64,000 nt of DNA from an uncultured Lachnospiraceae bacterium (GCA_947177445.1 CAMWUL010000004.1:16664-80663), one strand, 5' to 3'. Shown: positions 29,703-40,135, counted from the first letter of the stretch. Numbers and translations are program-made. The notes: a model not told the origin generated them from the letters alone.

Positions 29703-31264
29703 TCTGTGGCCCTCCCTTTCCGGCTGTTTAAGAGCTTCATGGCCGCCTTCTGCTTTACCTTGCTCTGCTTATGATAGCGGACCTCCGATCCCACCACTGC
29801 TGCCACCAGCAGGATAAACAGGACCATAACAATCAGGAAATGATCCTCCAGCCATCCTCCCCGGTAGCCGTTATAGGCCTTGGAGTAAAAGGTTCTGTTA
29901 TTTCCCATCTTGAAATAATACATGGCCGTCTCATAATCATCCTTCATCAGATAATTCTTTCCGATACCGCTGTATGCCGCCTCATAATTGGCATTGAGCG
30001 CCAGCGCCTGCTGGAAAGACACCAGCGCTTCGTCCCAATGTCCGAAATAATAGCTTCTGTTGCCTTCCAGAACAGCCTGCCCGAATGCGGTGGGCGTCAG
30101 CACATAGACGCAGTTTAATGTGCCGTCGGATACCACCAGCTTGCTTCCCAGCCAGGCAATACTGGTGGGATTCTTAAATTCTCCCTTCAGATTTCCCAGA
30201 CTGCCGAAAGCGTTCAGCAGCTCTCCGTCAAAGTTATACAAAAAGATACGTCCCTTGGTCCGGTCCAGCAGCGCGTAGGTACCGTAGTCCGTCACCGCAA
30301 TATCCACAAACTGACTTCCGGTATCGCTGGAATTCATACTCCAGATATCTCCCACCACCAAAGTATTGCCTTCCTCACGAAGTACGTTTTCTCCCTTGGA
30401 GTTGAGCCGGAACACCATATCCTCCGCGGACAGATCATAAGTCACCGCCATAACGAAGCCTTCTCCGTCCAGGGTAATATTGTTGAACGCCGGGGCATAG
30501 GTCTTGGACATTTTTTCCTTTTGTGCATCGCTGGCGATGGATTTCCAAAAGTAATCCGCCAGGCTGATCATGGGCGTATTCACGCCATAGTAGCCGCTGA
30601 ATTCACCGTCGCCGGTAAGCTCCAGAATCCCCTCATAGCTGGACTGTACCACCACATAAATTCTGTTGGCCAGATCCACGGCAATCTTTGAAGGGCGGAA
30701 TTCCGAAACGCCCGCCAGATCCGCCGGCTCGTTGATGATACGCAGAAGGCCGTAGGTATCCAGATCCAGCACTACGATCCTCTTATTTCCCGTATCTGCA
30801 ATGTAAATTTCCTTTTCCTTTTCGTGGATAAAGATTCCCTCGGGAGCATTCAGCATGATCTGGCTTCCGTCCTCCGCCAGGGCGATCTTATTGTCCACCG
30901 TGCGGATCAGCTTGCTGGAATACAGAAAGCCTCCGTTTTCGTCAAATACATTGAACCGGCTCTCCAGAGTGTCAATGATAAAGATCCGCCCGTCCTGGCT
31001 GGTGCACACATCGTTTACGCCGGACAATGGGATTCCTTGCAGATTATCCACCGATATGGTGCGCTCCAGCAGGAACATGGCAGGGCTCTCTTTTGCGTTT
31101 CCGTAAAAATCATAGGTATAACCGTCATATACATAACTGGTTCCGTCCGAGGCCTGAGCCTGTGCAGGTGTCAGCATCAGACTGAGCGCCAGCAGGCCGC
31201 CGGCCCATTTTACCAGTCCCGAACCTTTCGTCCGCTTCATGGGACATCCCAAAATCTTCCCCAT
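29699..31264 (-). CDS. NHL beta-propeller + TPR membrane-anchored protein
   Basis: Signal peptide, IYIADTGNKRIVV NHL repeats, TPR-like helices (ALALNANYEAAYSGIGK), C-terminal TM helix. Confidence 0.8.
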   Translation of the reverse strand: MGKILGCPMKRTKGSGLVKWAGGLLALSLMLTPAQAQASDGTSYVYDGYTYDFYGNAKESPAMFLLERTISVDNLQGIPLSGVNDVCTSQDGRIFIIDTLESRFNVFDENGGFLYSSKLIRTVDNKIALAEDGSQIMLNAPEGIFIHEKEKEIYIADTGNKRIVVLDLDTYGLLRIINEPADLAGVSEFRPSKIAVDLANRIYVVVQSSYEGILELTGDGEFSGYYGVNTPMISLADYFWKSIASDAQKEKMSKTYAPAFNNITLDGEGFVMAVTYDLSAEDMVFRLNSKGENVLREEGNTLVVGDIWSMNSSDTGSQFVDIAVTDYGTYALLDRTKGRIFLYNFDGELLNAFGSLGNLKGEFKNPTSIAWLGSKLVVSDGTLNCVYVLTPTAFGQAVLEGNRSYYFGHWDEALVSFQQALALNANYEAAYSGIGKNYLMKDDYETAMYYFKMGNNRTFYSKAYNGYRGGWLEDHFLIVMVLFILLVAAVVGSEVRYHKQSKVKQKAAMKLLNSRKGRATE

Positions 31265-31274
31265 CCTGAACCTC

Positions 31275-32162
31275 CTATCCTTTGATGCCCGAGGTGGCCA
31301 TGGTCTCGATCACGTTGCTCTGGGAGAACACGAACACGCCGATGGGCACGATCAACATGAGCAGCGATACTGCCGAGGCCACACCTGTCCGGGAAATTCC
31401 GCCGCTGACCAGCTGGGAAAGCACATAACTCAGGGGCTTGAGCTCCTCCGAATAAATGAAGACGCCGCCCGTGGTTCCCCACATCTGCTGGAAGGACAGA
31501 ATCACCAGTGTGATCCACGCGGGCTTGCACAGCGGCATCACCACCTTCCAGAAGGTCTTGAACTCCGTAGCTCCGTCGATCTTGGCGGCCTCCAGCATAT
31601 CGTCCGGAACCTGCACCATAAAGTTTTTCATCAGATACAGTCCCAGAGTACCTCCCACCGCAGGCAGAATCACCGCCCAATAGGTGTCCACAATTCCCAG
31701 TGCGCTCATGATCAGGTAGTTGGGAATGGCCGTCACCGAGGTGCTGAACATCAGGGCATAGACAATAATATTGCTCATCAGCTTTGAACCGGGAAATTCA
31801 TATTTCGCCAGAGGATAAGCCGCCATGGAGCCCAGAAGCACCGTTCCGAAGGTTCCCAGCCCCGTGATTACCAGTGTGTTGAATATGTACCTGGACAGCG
31901 GAATCGTAAAGTCCTCAATGATGGTTCCCAGGTCAAAAAAATTGTTCAGCGTAGGGTTTTCCACCGTCAGCTTCGGCGGATACATAAAAATCTCCGAAAA
32001 CGGTTTAAATGCGCTGGTCAGGGTATAAAGCAGCGGAAACAGGCTGAATATTCCAAAGAATGCCAATACCACGAAAAGAATCACATCTCCGCCGATACTT
32101 CGGTTGCGCCTCTTGAATTTTCTACGATAGTACTTGTTTTTTATAAATGCGATCACCTTCAT
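31275..32162 (-). CDS. Carbohydrate ABC permease (MalG-like)
   Basis: VPDDMLEAAKIDGA. Confidence 0.93.
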   Translation of the reverse strand: MKVIAFIKNKYYRRKFKRRNRSIGGDVILFVVLAFFGIFSLFPLLYTLTSAFKPFSEIFMYPPKLTVENPTLNNFFDLGTIIEDFTIPLSRYIFNTLVITGLGTFGTVLLGSMAAYPLAKYEFPGSKLMSNIIVYALMFSTSVTAIPNYLIMSALGIVDTYWAVILPAVGGTLGLYLMKNFMVQVPDDMLEAAKIDGATEFKTFWKVVMPLCKPAWITLVILSFQQMWGTTGGVFIYSEELKPLSYVLSQLVSGGISRTGVASAVSLLMLIVPIGVFVFSQSNVIETMATSGIKG

Positions 32163-32174
32163 AGCTATCCCTCC

Positions 32175-33077
32175 TTACCCCAGCTTTCTCAGCATCTTCT
32201 GCACGATAATGTTGCAGAACAGCATGATGAAGAACAGGATCACCGCAATGGTACAGGCGTATCCCAGCTCGTACCTTACGTTACCGAAGTCATGCAGATG
32301 GGTCAGTATGGTATGACCCGCATAGCTGACGGAAGGGAATCCCACCAGGTCGATGGAAAGCTGCGATACCGACAATGAGCTGGTGATCTGCATCACCGCG
32401 CCGAACATCAGCTGAGGCTTCATGGAGGGCAGAATAATATACCACAGCTCCTGCCAGCGGTTCTTGATTCCTTCCACGCTGCCTGCCTCCAGCTGGGATT
32501 TATCCAGGCTCTGGAAGCCGGCGATAAAGGTCAGGAAGCTGACGCCCAGGCTCAGCCACAGCTGAACGATGATCAGTATGGGCATGATATATTCCTTCTT
32601 CACCAGCCAGGTCACCGCCTCCTGAACGATCCCCAGCTTCATCAGCCAGGCGTTGACCCATCCGTAGGAGTCCGAGGACAGCAGCAGCTTCCATACCAGA
32701 TAAGCATTTCCGGATATGGAGGGCGCATAGAATACCAGGGTCATAATTGCTCTTGGTATTCTGGGCAGATCATTGACCATCCAGGCAAACAGAAAGCACA
32801 TAATATAGCTTAAAGGGCCTGTGACAATAGCAAAGAACAAAGTATTTTTTATGGCCGTCAGGAAGATGGGGTCATGCACCATCAGCTTGACGTAGTTATC
32901 CAGTCCGGCAAATTCCGGCGCTTCCACCATGTTAAAGGTGGTAAAGCTCAAAAATATGGCAACAAGCACCGGCAGGAGGGTAAACACGATAAAAATCACG
33001 GCAAAGGGCGCGATCATTATGTATTTATACTTATGTTTTTTCCAGACCAGTGCAAAGGGTTCCTTTTTACCGCCCAT
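32175..33077 (-). CDS. Carbohydrate ABC permease (MalF-like)
   Basis: LEAGSVEGIKNRWQE. ATG at 33077 after GGGAGG. Confidence 0.93.
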   Translation of the reverse strand: MGGKKEPFALVWKKHKYKYIMIAPFAVIFIVFTLLPVLVAIFLSFTTFNMVEAPEFAGLDNYVKLMVHDPIFLTAIKNTLFFAIVTGPLSYIMCFLFAWMVNDLPRIPRAIMTLVFYAPSISGNAYLVWKLLLSSDSYGWVNAWLMKLGIVQEAVTWLVKKEYIMPILIIVQLWLSLGVSFLTFIAGFQSLDKSQLEAGSVEGIKNRWQELWYIILPSMKPQLMFGAVMQITSSLSVSQLSIDLVGFPSVSYAGHTILTHLHDFGNVRYELGYACTIAVILFFIMLFCNIIVQKMLRKLG

Positions 33078-33078
33078 C

Positions 33079-36015
33079 TCAATCCTCCCTCTCTTCCGCT
33101 GTGGACAGGTGAAGCTCCTGCCGTTTCCTTGTAAGCTCCTCATTGATATCCTTGATATTCAGATACAGCGTTTCTCTGGGGTTCGCATTTTCCGCCACAG
33201 AATCGTTAAAGGCATACTGTACCATACGGGTGGTCATATAATTTCCCGGCACGGCAGGGAGCCCTGCGGTATGCTCAAACTGTCCCAGAAGATTTTCCAG
33301 CTCGGCGTTGCTCCAGGGAAGCTGCCTGAGCACCTCCGGATCCGCCGCGGCGTATCTGGCGCTGGTTCCCATCAGGGACTCCAGCGAATTGGCAAAGGAA
33401 AGCTGCGTATCTGTGCTGGTCCACCATTTGACAAATTCCCAGGAATCGTTTACATTATCCGTCGCCGCCATAATCACCGACTGTACGGTATCTACCACAA
33501 AGGTATTGTCTATACTTCCATCTTCTTTTTCCATTCCCGGCAGCGGGTGGAAGCTCCACTGTCCCTTGATCTCAGGGGCAAAAATCTCCAGCGCATTAAA
33601 CATGGTATAATTAATAATTCCTACCGGCACCTCTCCCGTGCGGAAACGGTTTGCAAAGTCCAGCTGCACATCCAGACCATAGCTGATAAAGAAATCGGTA
33701 TAGTCCTTAAAGGCCTCCGTGGCCTCATCCGAATCCAGGCCGCTCTTGATGCCGTAATCATTTCCTTCCCCGATATACACATCTCCTCCGCTCTGAAGCA
33801 CCAGCGACTGATAAAGATGCATGTTGTACTCGATACTGGTTCCGATCAGGGAATTTTCCGTCTGCTGAACGTTAGGCACATACACATTGTAGTTGTGCTT
33901 CTGCAGCTCAGGAATAATTTCCAAAAGCTCTGTCCACGTTGTGGGAGGCTCCAGCCCCAGCTCACCCAGAATATCATCCCTGGTAAACAGCATCATAAAG
34001 GTGGCCTGCTCGGGTATCCCATAGGTGCCTCCCTGAAAGCTGGCTGAATCCAGGGTGCTCTGGTAAAACCGCTCTGTGGCTTCCTCGAAGCCTTCCAGAG
34101 AGGAAAGCTCCACCACCGCATTTCTCATGGCAAAATCCTGTAGGGTTCCCTGCCCGAGACCGATTACCACGTCAGGACCGTTGCCTGCCAGAGCCGCCCG
34201 CAGCACCACATCCACCGGAATCAGCTGCAGATTCACGGATATATCCGTATTGGGCGTAAAGTCCTCGTCTATCATGTTCTGAATCATCTGTGCCTGTTCT
34301 CTGCCGTAGGATGCCAGCCATACCTTGATGGAATCTGCGCCTCCTGCGTCCTGAGAAATCTGGCTGTCCTTCACCACAAAGGTGGAGAAAAATCTTACCG
34401 TTCCGTTCCATGCCCCTGCCCAGAAGGTATCCTGTGCTTCCGGAAGCTCGGCTCCCGGAGCGGACAGAGCCAGATAATCCACCTCCAGCGGCATATCCGC
34501 CACATTCACCAGCCAGGTGCCCAGAGCAGAAATATTATTTTTCAGCTGATTCAGCTCCTCTGTGACACTTTCCGGATCCTCTGCCAGCTCCGCCGCCTCT
34601 GTGGCCATTTTCTCAAGCAGAGTGGTGTTCTCGCCTTTTTCACCGGTAATCGCAACAATTTCATCCACGATCCGGCGCAGAACCTCCGCCTGTTCTCCCA
34701 TGGTTTTGGTAAAATCAGGGATATTACGCACAATCTCATAATCGATAAATTTGCTGGGAGACTGACCCGTCAGCTGCACCACCTTTAAATACATGCTGTT
34801 CAGGGCGCTCATGCTCTCTTCCACCTGGGTGATAATACCGCCCATGGGACCCATAACGTTTTCAAAGGTAATGGTGTTGGTTCCTGCCTTCAGATGGAAA
34901 AGATAGGGCTCTCCGTTTTCATCGGCAAGGGTATAATTATTCATAGACGTCTGGAAGGCAAATCCCACAGACATCATCTCCGCATAGGGCACCTCTCCGT
35001 TGATATAAACTCTCCGGTAACTGGTAACACCTCTGTTCATATTCTGTCTGCCCTTAAGACTCAGCTCATACAGGCCCTCCTGTTCCACCTCCACGATCCA
35101 GCTGATGGAATCTCCCGGCTGGGACCAGTCCTCGGCTCCGATGGTGTTATACAGAATGTGGTACGGATGATAGGGCTCCAGTCTGCTGTCGGAGTAGTTT
35201 TTCTGAATATTAATGGAGGAAGAGCTTTTGACAATATCCGTCGTAATGCCCTCCTTACGTTCCGCCTGCCCGATCAGCGTCCCGCCGCTGTAGACAGAGT
35301 ACAGATTTTTAAGCTCCGCCACAGCCTCCCCGTAGGAAGGTGCGGACTCTTTCCTGCAGAAGGTCAGGGATGTATATTCCAACGGCTCCTTGATGGCCTC
35401 AAAGGAAATGGTATGGGTACCCGCCTCCAGATAAAATATGAGAGGCTCGTTGTTCCTTCTCTGATAATCCTCTACAAACCAGTCCTGTTCAGAATAAACC
35501 TCAATACTTTCCGGACGAATCTCATTATTGTTTTTCACCCGGATCTCACCGTCCGTCCAATATCTGCTGATAACCACCTGAGAAAGAGATTCATAGGGAA
35601 GCTCTCCGTCTATGTATACCTTTCTCTGAATGTCGGACGTGGTGCCGGGCAGGGCGATATAACCCAGCTTCAGATTATAAAATCCGCTTTTCTCCACCCA
35701 GAAATTCCATTCTATGGTTCCCTTGTCCTCGGTGACAATCCCCTGCTCTCCCGCATAGGCTGTCATCCCCTCCGACACCTTATAATTGCTCAGATCCACC
35801 TCGACGGTGTCTTCAGACAGATCTCCCTGATATCCGTGCTCTGTAAGATAATCCTCATAGCTTTCCTCATAAGAGATCACACCGGATTGCGGAACAGCAT
35901 TTTTCTCCTGGGCAGCGCTGTTGCTTATCATACTCACTGCCAGCAGGATCACTATGAGAGCTGCGATGGAGCAGACCGCTATTTTAATGATCATGCCTTT
36001 GTTTACAGATTTCAT
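33079..36015 (-). CDS. Large sugar-binding protein with N-terminal CBM-like beta-sandwich domains
   Basis: TM anchor, two 'yl.aG.htI' beta-sandwich modules, C-terminal SBP_bac fold (GNGPDV, YGIPEQ, WEFVKWWTS). Confidence 0.82.
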   Translation of the reverse strand: MKSVNKGMIIKIAVCSIAALIVILLAVSMISNSAAQEKNAVPQSGVISYEESYEDYLTEHGYQGDLSEDTVEVDLSNYKVSEGMTAYAGEQGIVTEDKGTIEWNFWVEKSGFYNLKLGYIALPGTTSDIQRKVYIDGELPYESLSQVVISRYWTDGEIRVKNNNEIRPESIEVYSEQDWFVEDYQRRNNEPLIFYLEAGTHTISFEAIKEPLEYTSLTFCRKESAPSYGEAVAELKNLYSVYSGGTLIGQAERKEGITTDIVKSSSSINIQKNYSDSRLEPYHPYHILYNTIGAEDWSQPGDSISWIVEVEQEGLYELSLKGRQNMNRGVTSYRRVYINGEVPYAEMMSVGFAFQTSMNNYTLADENGEPYLFHLKAGTNTITFENVMGPMGGIITQVEESMSALNSMYLKVVQLTGQSPSKFIDYEIVRNIPDFTKTMGEQAEVLRRIVDEIVAITGEKGENTTLLEKMATEAAELAEDPESVTEELNQLKNNISALGTWLVNVADMPLEVDYLALSAPGAELPEAQDTFWAGAWNGTVRFFSTFVVKDSQISQDAGGADSIKVWLASYGREQAQMIQNMIDEDFTPNTDISVNLQLIPVDVVLRAALAGNGPDVVIGLGQGTLQDFAMRNAVVELSSLEGFEEATERFYQSTLDSASFQGGTYGIPEQATFMMLFTRDDILGELGLEPPTTWTELLEIIPELQKHNYNVYVPNVQQTENSLIGTSIEYNMHLYQSLVLQSGGDVYIGEGNDYGIKSGLDSDEATEAFKDYTDFFISYGLDVQLDFANRFRTGEVPVGIINYTMFNALEIFAPEIKGQWSFHPLPGMEKEDGSIDNTFVVDTVQSVIMAATDNVNDSWEFVKWWTSTDTQLSFANSLESLMGTSARYAAADPEVLRQLPWSNAELENLLGQFEHTAGLPAVPGNYMTTRMVQYAFNDSVAENANPRETLYLNIKDINEELTRKRQELHLSTAEERED

Positions 36016-36097
36016 AAGCCTACCTCTCCGTGCTTTTCTATACACTCATTCCACCTGTCCTGCCCGCTTTCTCTAAGGGTACCTTTGAAAGATTCGT

Positions 36098-36296
36098 ACC
36101 ACAATATATGAGGACGATAATCTGCGTCATCATCATATATTGTGATGCGTAAATTTTAAAAGCACTTATCACAGAAAACCAAAGCCAGTTGGCAGGCAGA
36201 TGGCCAGATACAATGCATTATCCTGTAATGCATCCTGCAAAGAAGAAAGAGATAGGGCAGGAGACTGCCTCAGCCGCCTGCCCTTATCCTATCTCT
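36098..36296. other. Intra-operon stem-loops between the two SBP genes
   Basis: CACAATATATGA...TCATATATTGTG (~36100-36143) and AGAGATAGGGCAGG...CCTGCCCT..CCTATCTCT (~36248-36296). Confidence 0.65.
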
Positions 36297-36383
36297 TTTA
36301 CGTTGTAACCGTTCCGGTACGTCCCGGTTTATATCAAGTTCTTTCTTACTTTATTCCACGGCTCCATTCCGCAGGCCGGCGTC

Positions 36384-38471
36384 TTATTCCACCGTAACCT
36401 CCACGGTAATGCTGCTCTCGTTTCCGGCAAAGTCAGCCACGGTGAGCACCACCTCGTAAGCGCCGGGTGTGGTGGTATCCAGCTGAGAAAGATCCGCGGT
36501 AATATTATCGCTCACATCCAGTCCGTCCACATCCTGTGCAGATTCCACAAAATCCTTCCAGTTAATGCCGGAGGTCTCTGTATTCAGAGCCACCACAGGC
36601 AGTTCAGCCTTTGCTTCAACGGTAGGAGCGGTGGTATTGTCTCCATTGTATACGGTTACCGTAATCTTCTCTTCTTTCTCGTTGCCTGAGCTGTCGGAAA
36701 CCTTTACAACTACGGCATTATCATACTTTCCGGGAGTTGCCAGATCCAGCTCCTCGCTGACGGTAATGTTATCCGCTGTTACAGTGATCACGCCGTCCAC
36801 GGAATCCTCTGCGGTAAAATATGTGGTCCAGTCAACGCCGGCTGCATCCGTTCCTGCTGCCAGAAGCGCATTTTCCTTGGTCACCTTAGGCGCCTGGTTG
36901 TCATGAACCTCATCTGTCTGCAGGATTGCTGCGATGTTGTCAGTCTTGTTGGTCAGGTCGGAAATATTTGCCTTGATAGCTACGTCGTAGGAGCTCATGC
37001 CGTCCATACCATAGAGAGATTTGCCCAGGATCGCTTCCCAGGTGTTATCCCACAGACCCATCATATGAGCAAAGTTCATATTCATATGGGTTCTGATATA
37101 AGTAAAGCAGTCGATCAGATCCTGTCCATAGGTCTCATTGTATACATCCACTCCATAGTTGGCCAGATCGGACACTGCTGTGGCCTCGCTGTATTCGGCT
37201 ACTGTCTCCACGCCGCCCAGTGCCTTATAGTAGGTCTGCCAGTAAAGGATATAAGACTTAAGAGCCAGCTCTGTCTTTTCGGGGCTTACACCCTTCAGGA
37301 TAGCACAGCTGTTGCCGCCGTTGGTGCTCTGCATATATTCCTCGCTGTCAAAATCCAGACGGTCAGGTCTGGGCCAGGGAATAATACCGATACTCTCGTT
37401 CCTCTCGGCACATTCGGAAGCATACCAGCCGATATTCCAGTTCTGGGCATCTGTAAATACGGTGCCGCCTCTGCGGAAATCGTCTCCGCCGGTACCCCAC
37501 TGAGGAGTATATCCATTATCATATGTACCGCAGTCTACCATCAGCTCTGAATCCATCAGCTGCTTGATAAAATTCACACCCTCGATAGTCTTGTCGGAAT
37601 CCGCCGTTACCTCACCGTCAAAGATGGCTCCGCCGTTTGCATGCACTGCTGCCAGCGCCGCATAGCGGTGGTCCGTCTCATAGGCTTTTACAAAGTCATA
37701 TACGGTACCGTCGGGAGCCTCTACGTTAGCGTAGTAAGCCTGCACCTTCTGCAGATAATCCTGGAAGGCGCTCCAGGTCCAGTTGCCTTCTTTAAACAGA
37801 TCCATCGGATAAATGGTCTTTCCGTTCTCGTCCTTTAAGGCATCCACCTTTTCCAGCATGGTCAGGTTTACGATCAGCGGGAAATATGTCATAAAGGGCG
37901 TCTCGTTGTTCAGCAGATAGCTGCCGCCAAACATGGGATCCTTCAGCATCCAGGAGCTTTCCTCATCCGTAAACAGATCCGAGTAACTGCTGAGATCCTG
38001 CAGTACGTTCTGGGAAAGAATGGTGGGCTCCACGCCGCCCCACAGAAGCGCAATATCGCAAATGGGATCATTCGCCAGTACGCTGGTCATCAGATCCGTT
38101 GATACGTCATTGGGATACTGTAAAAACTCAAACTCCACATTGTAGGCTTCCTTGATGGCCTCAAGCGCTTTTATGGAAGCCTGTCTCCGGGATTCCTCCA
38201 TGGTATAGTCGCCCGACACATCATCCGTATGATAAGGATCAAGATCATTGATCCAGTGGGTACCATAACGGATTACCACAGGTTCTCCGGAAACCTCGTT
38301 GCCTGCCTCCCCTGCGTCGGATGAAGATTCCTCTGATTTGCTCTCCTCCGTAGAGGGCTGACTGGAATCAGAGGGCTGGCTGCTCTTCTGGTCGCCGCCG
38401 TCACCGCCGCATCCCGCCAGTGAAAGCGCCATCATTGCACTTAAAACCATTGCCAGTGCTTTCTTTTTCAT
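36384..38471 (-). CDS. Sugar-binding lipoprotein with two C-terminal Ig-like repeats
   Basis: Lipobox LAGC, S/E-rich linker, SBP fold (EGNWTW..F), two repeats 'A.D.VDG...D..TPG.Y....V.D.SGN'. Confidence 0.8.
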   Translation of the reverse strand: MKKKALAMVLSAMMALSLAGCGGDGGDQKSSQPSDSSQPSTEESKSEESSSDAGEAGNEVSGEPVVIRYGTHWINDLDPYHTDDVSGDYTMEESRRQASIKALEAIKEAYNVEFEFLQYPNDVSTDLMTSVLANDPICDIALLWGGVEPTILSQNVLQDLSSYSDLFTDEESSWMLKDPMFGGSYLLNNETPFMTYFPLIVNLTMLEKVDALKDENGKTIYPMDLFKEGNWTWSAFQDYLQKVQAYYANVEAPDGTVYDFVKAYETDHRYAALAAVHANGGAIFDGEVTADSDKTIEGVNFIKQLMDSELMVDCGTYDNGYTPQWGTGGDDFRRGGTVFTDAQNWNIGWYASECAERNESIGIIPWPRPDRLDFDSEEYMQSTNGGNSCAILKGVSPEKTELALKSYILYWQTYYKALGGVETVAEYSEATAVSDLANYGVDVYNETYGQDLIDCFTYIRTHMNMNFAHMMGLWDNTWEAILGKSLYGMDGMSSYDVAIKANISDLTNKTDNIAAILQTDEVHDNQAPKVTKENALLAAGTDAAGVDWTTYFTAEDSVDGVITVTADNITVSEELDLATPGKYDNAVVVKVSDSSGNEKEEKITVTVYNGDNTTAPTVEAKAELPVVALNTETSGINWKDFVESAQDVDGLDVSDNITADLSQLDTTTPGAYEVVLTVADFAGNESSITVEVTVE

Positions 38472-38540
38472 AGCTTTCCTCCTTCTTTTTGGGAAAATGT
38501 TGCTGATCCGGGTTAATATTCATTATGCACAGACACTATG

Positions 38541-38591
38541 TGAAACCCGTTTCATATAAATAATATTAGTTATATATTTATATATTGTCAA
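38541..38591 (-). promoter_or_regulatory. SigmaA promoter and LacI-type operator of the glycan operon
   Basis: TTGACA(38591-38586)-N17-TAATAT(38568-38563). Palindrome TGAAACCCGTTTCA at 38541-38554; related site GAAACCGTTTTC at 38779-38790. Confidence 0.75.
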
Positions 38592-38855
38592 TAGGGAAAA
38601 ATAATATTGTGTATTTTCCACTTTTATTGGCTTGCTTTTTGTGCATTATGCACAACTATATGTTTGCCGCGGATTTTTATTTATTATTATGCCGTGGGTT
38701 TTCTGAAAAGAAATTTACGGGAAAACATTATTTTCATCCTCGTTCCGGTTGCCGCTTTCTTATTTTTTCAAAGTCTCCGAAACCGTTTTCAGCCAGGAAA
38801 AAGCGCAAAAAAAACACATCCGTATTTCATACGGATGTGGCTGCTCTCCGGCAGT

Positions 38856-39908
38856 TCACTCTTTCACTGCCGCGGTGCTCTCCCTGACCACAAGCTCGGG
38901 GGTAAGAAGCTGAATCCTGGGCATGGCCTTTCCCGAAATGGCGGCAATTGCCGTCTCTACCAGCCTCCTTCCAAATTCCTCATAATCGTAGTCCACACTG
39001 GTCAGTTTAGGACTCAAAAGCTCCGTGATTTTTGTGTTATCGTAGCTCACAACGGAAATATCCTCAGGAACCCGCCGCCCATGCTCCATAACGCTTCTCA
39101 TGACTCCCGCCGCCGCATAGTCATTGATGGCAATAACCGCCGTGGGAATCCTGGAACAGTCAAACAGCTCATTCATCCTGTCGTAGCCCGTTTCATAATC
39201 GTAACCGCCCGTAGCCACATATTCCTCATGATAATCCAGCTGATAATTATTCAGAATCTGCTTATACCTCTGCAGCTTTTCAAAGGTAGCCAGAACATCC
39301 ATCCTGCCCCCTACCAGCGCGATCTCCTTGTGTCCCAGGTCGATGAGATGCTCCATGGCCAGATCGATAGCCCTCATGGCGTCGATCTGCACCTGGCTGC
39401 ACATGGTGCCGTCCAGCTTGCCGGTAACCACCAGCGGAATACTGTTGATCATCTGATTCACCCGCTCCACATATTCCACATCACTGGTCAGATCGTCCGC
39501 CCGGCCCCCCAGCTGAATCACAGCCCCTACCCGCTGCTCGTAAAGCATTTCCAGCTGCCGCTCCTCCTGTTCCTTTTCTCCGAAGGAATTGCACAGCAGA
39601 ACCGTATATCCGGCCTTCCGGGCCGCCATCTCACAGGCCACAAATACATTTGCATAGTAATAGTTTCTCACATCAGCCGCAATAATACCGATCACCTTGC
39701 TCTTGGTATCGGACAATCCCCGGGCCATGGCATTGGGTTTAAAATTATATTTGTTAATAAGAAGCTGGACCTTTTCTTTCTTTTCGGGCCGTACATTGGC
39801 GCTGTTGGTCAGCACTCTTGAGACTGTGGCAACGGAAACTCCCGCTTCCCGCGCAATATCATAAATCGTAATAACCTTATTTTCATTTGGCTTACGGCTT
39901 TCCATCAA
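38856..39908 (-). CDS. LacI-family transcriptional regulator
   Basis: TIYDIAREAGVSVATVSRVL...PNAMARGL; VPEDISVVSYD. Confidence 0.96.
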   Translation of the reverse strand: MMESRKPNENKVITIYDIAREAGVSVATVSRVLTNSANVRPEKKEKVQLLINKYNFKPNAMARGLSDTKSKVIGIIAADVRNYYYANVFVACEMAARKAGYTVLLCNSFGEKEQEERQLEMLYEQRVGAVIQLGGRADDLTSDVEYVERVNQMINSIPLVVTGKLDGTMCSQVQIDAMRAIDLAMEHLIDLGHKEIALVGGRMDVLATFEKLQRYKQILNNYQLDYHEEYVATGGYDYETGYDRMNELFDCSRIPTAVIAINDYAAAGVMRSVMEHGRRVPEDISVVSYDNTKITELLSPKLTSVDYDYEEFGRRLVETAIAAISGKAMPRIQLLTPELVVRESTAAVKE

Positions 39909-39961
39909 TTATGCCCCCTTCTCACGGCTTGCTTTATCAGTAAAAGGTACTCCTGTACGAT

Positions 39962-40014
39962 ATTATAAAATCGACTTAGAAATTCTGCAACCACATTTTT
40001 CCGGAAAGCTTTCC
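39962..40014 (-). promoter_or_regulatory. SigmaA promoter of the LacI gene with an upstream palindrome
   Basis: TTGCAG(39990-39985)-N17-TATAAT(39967-39962); GGAAAGCTTTCC at 40003-40014. Confidence 0.55.
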
Positions 40015-40135
40015 TCCCCCTCCGGGGAACCAAGGCTGTAAAAATACAGAATTTAATAGATATATTCAGGTATGTATGGTAAAATGGCCTTATTCGAGGC
40101 AGAAAAGGGGCCGAATGGTCATCATGCCGTAAATT

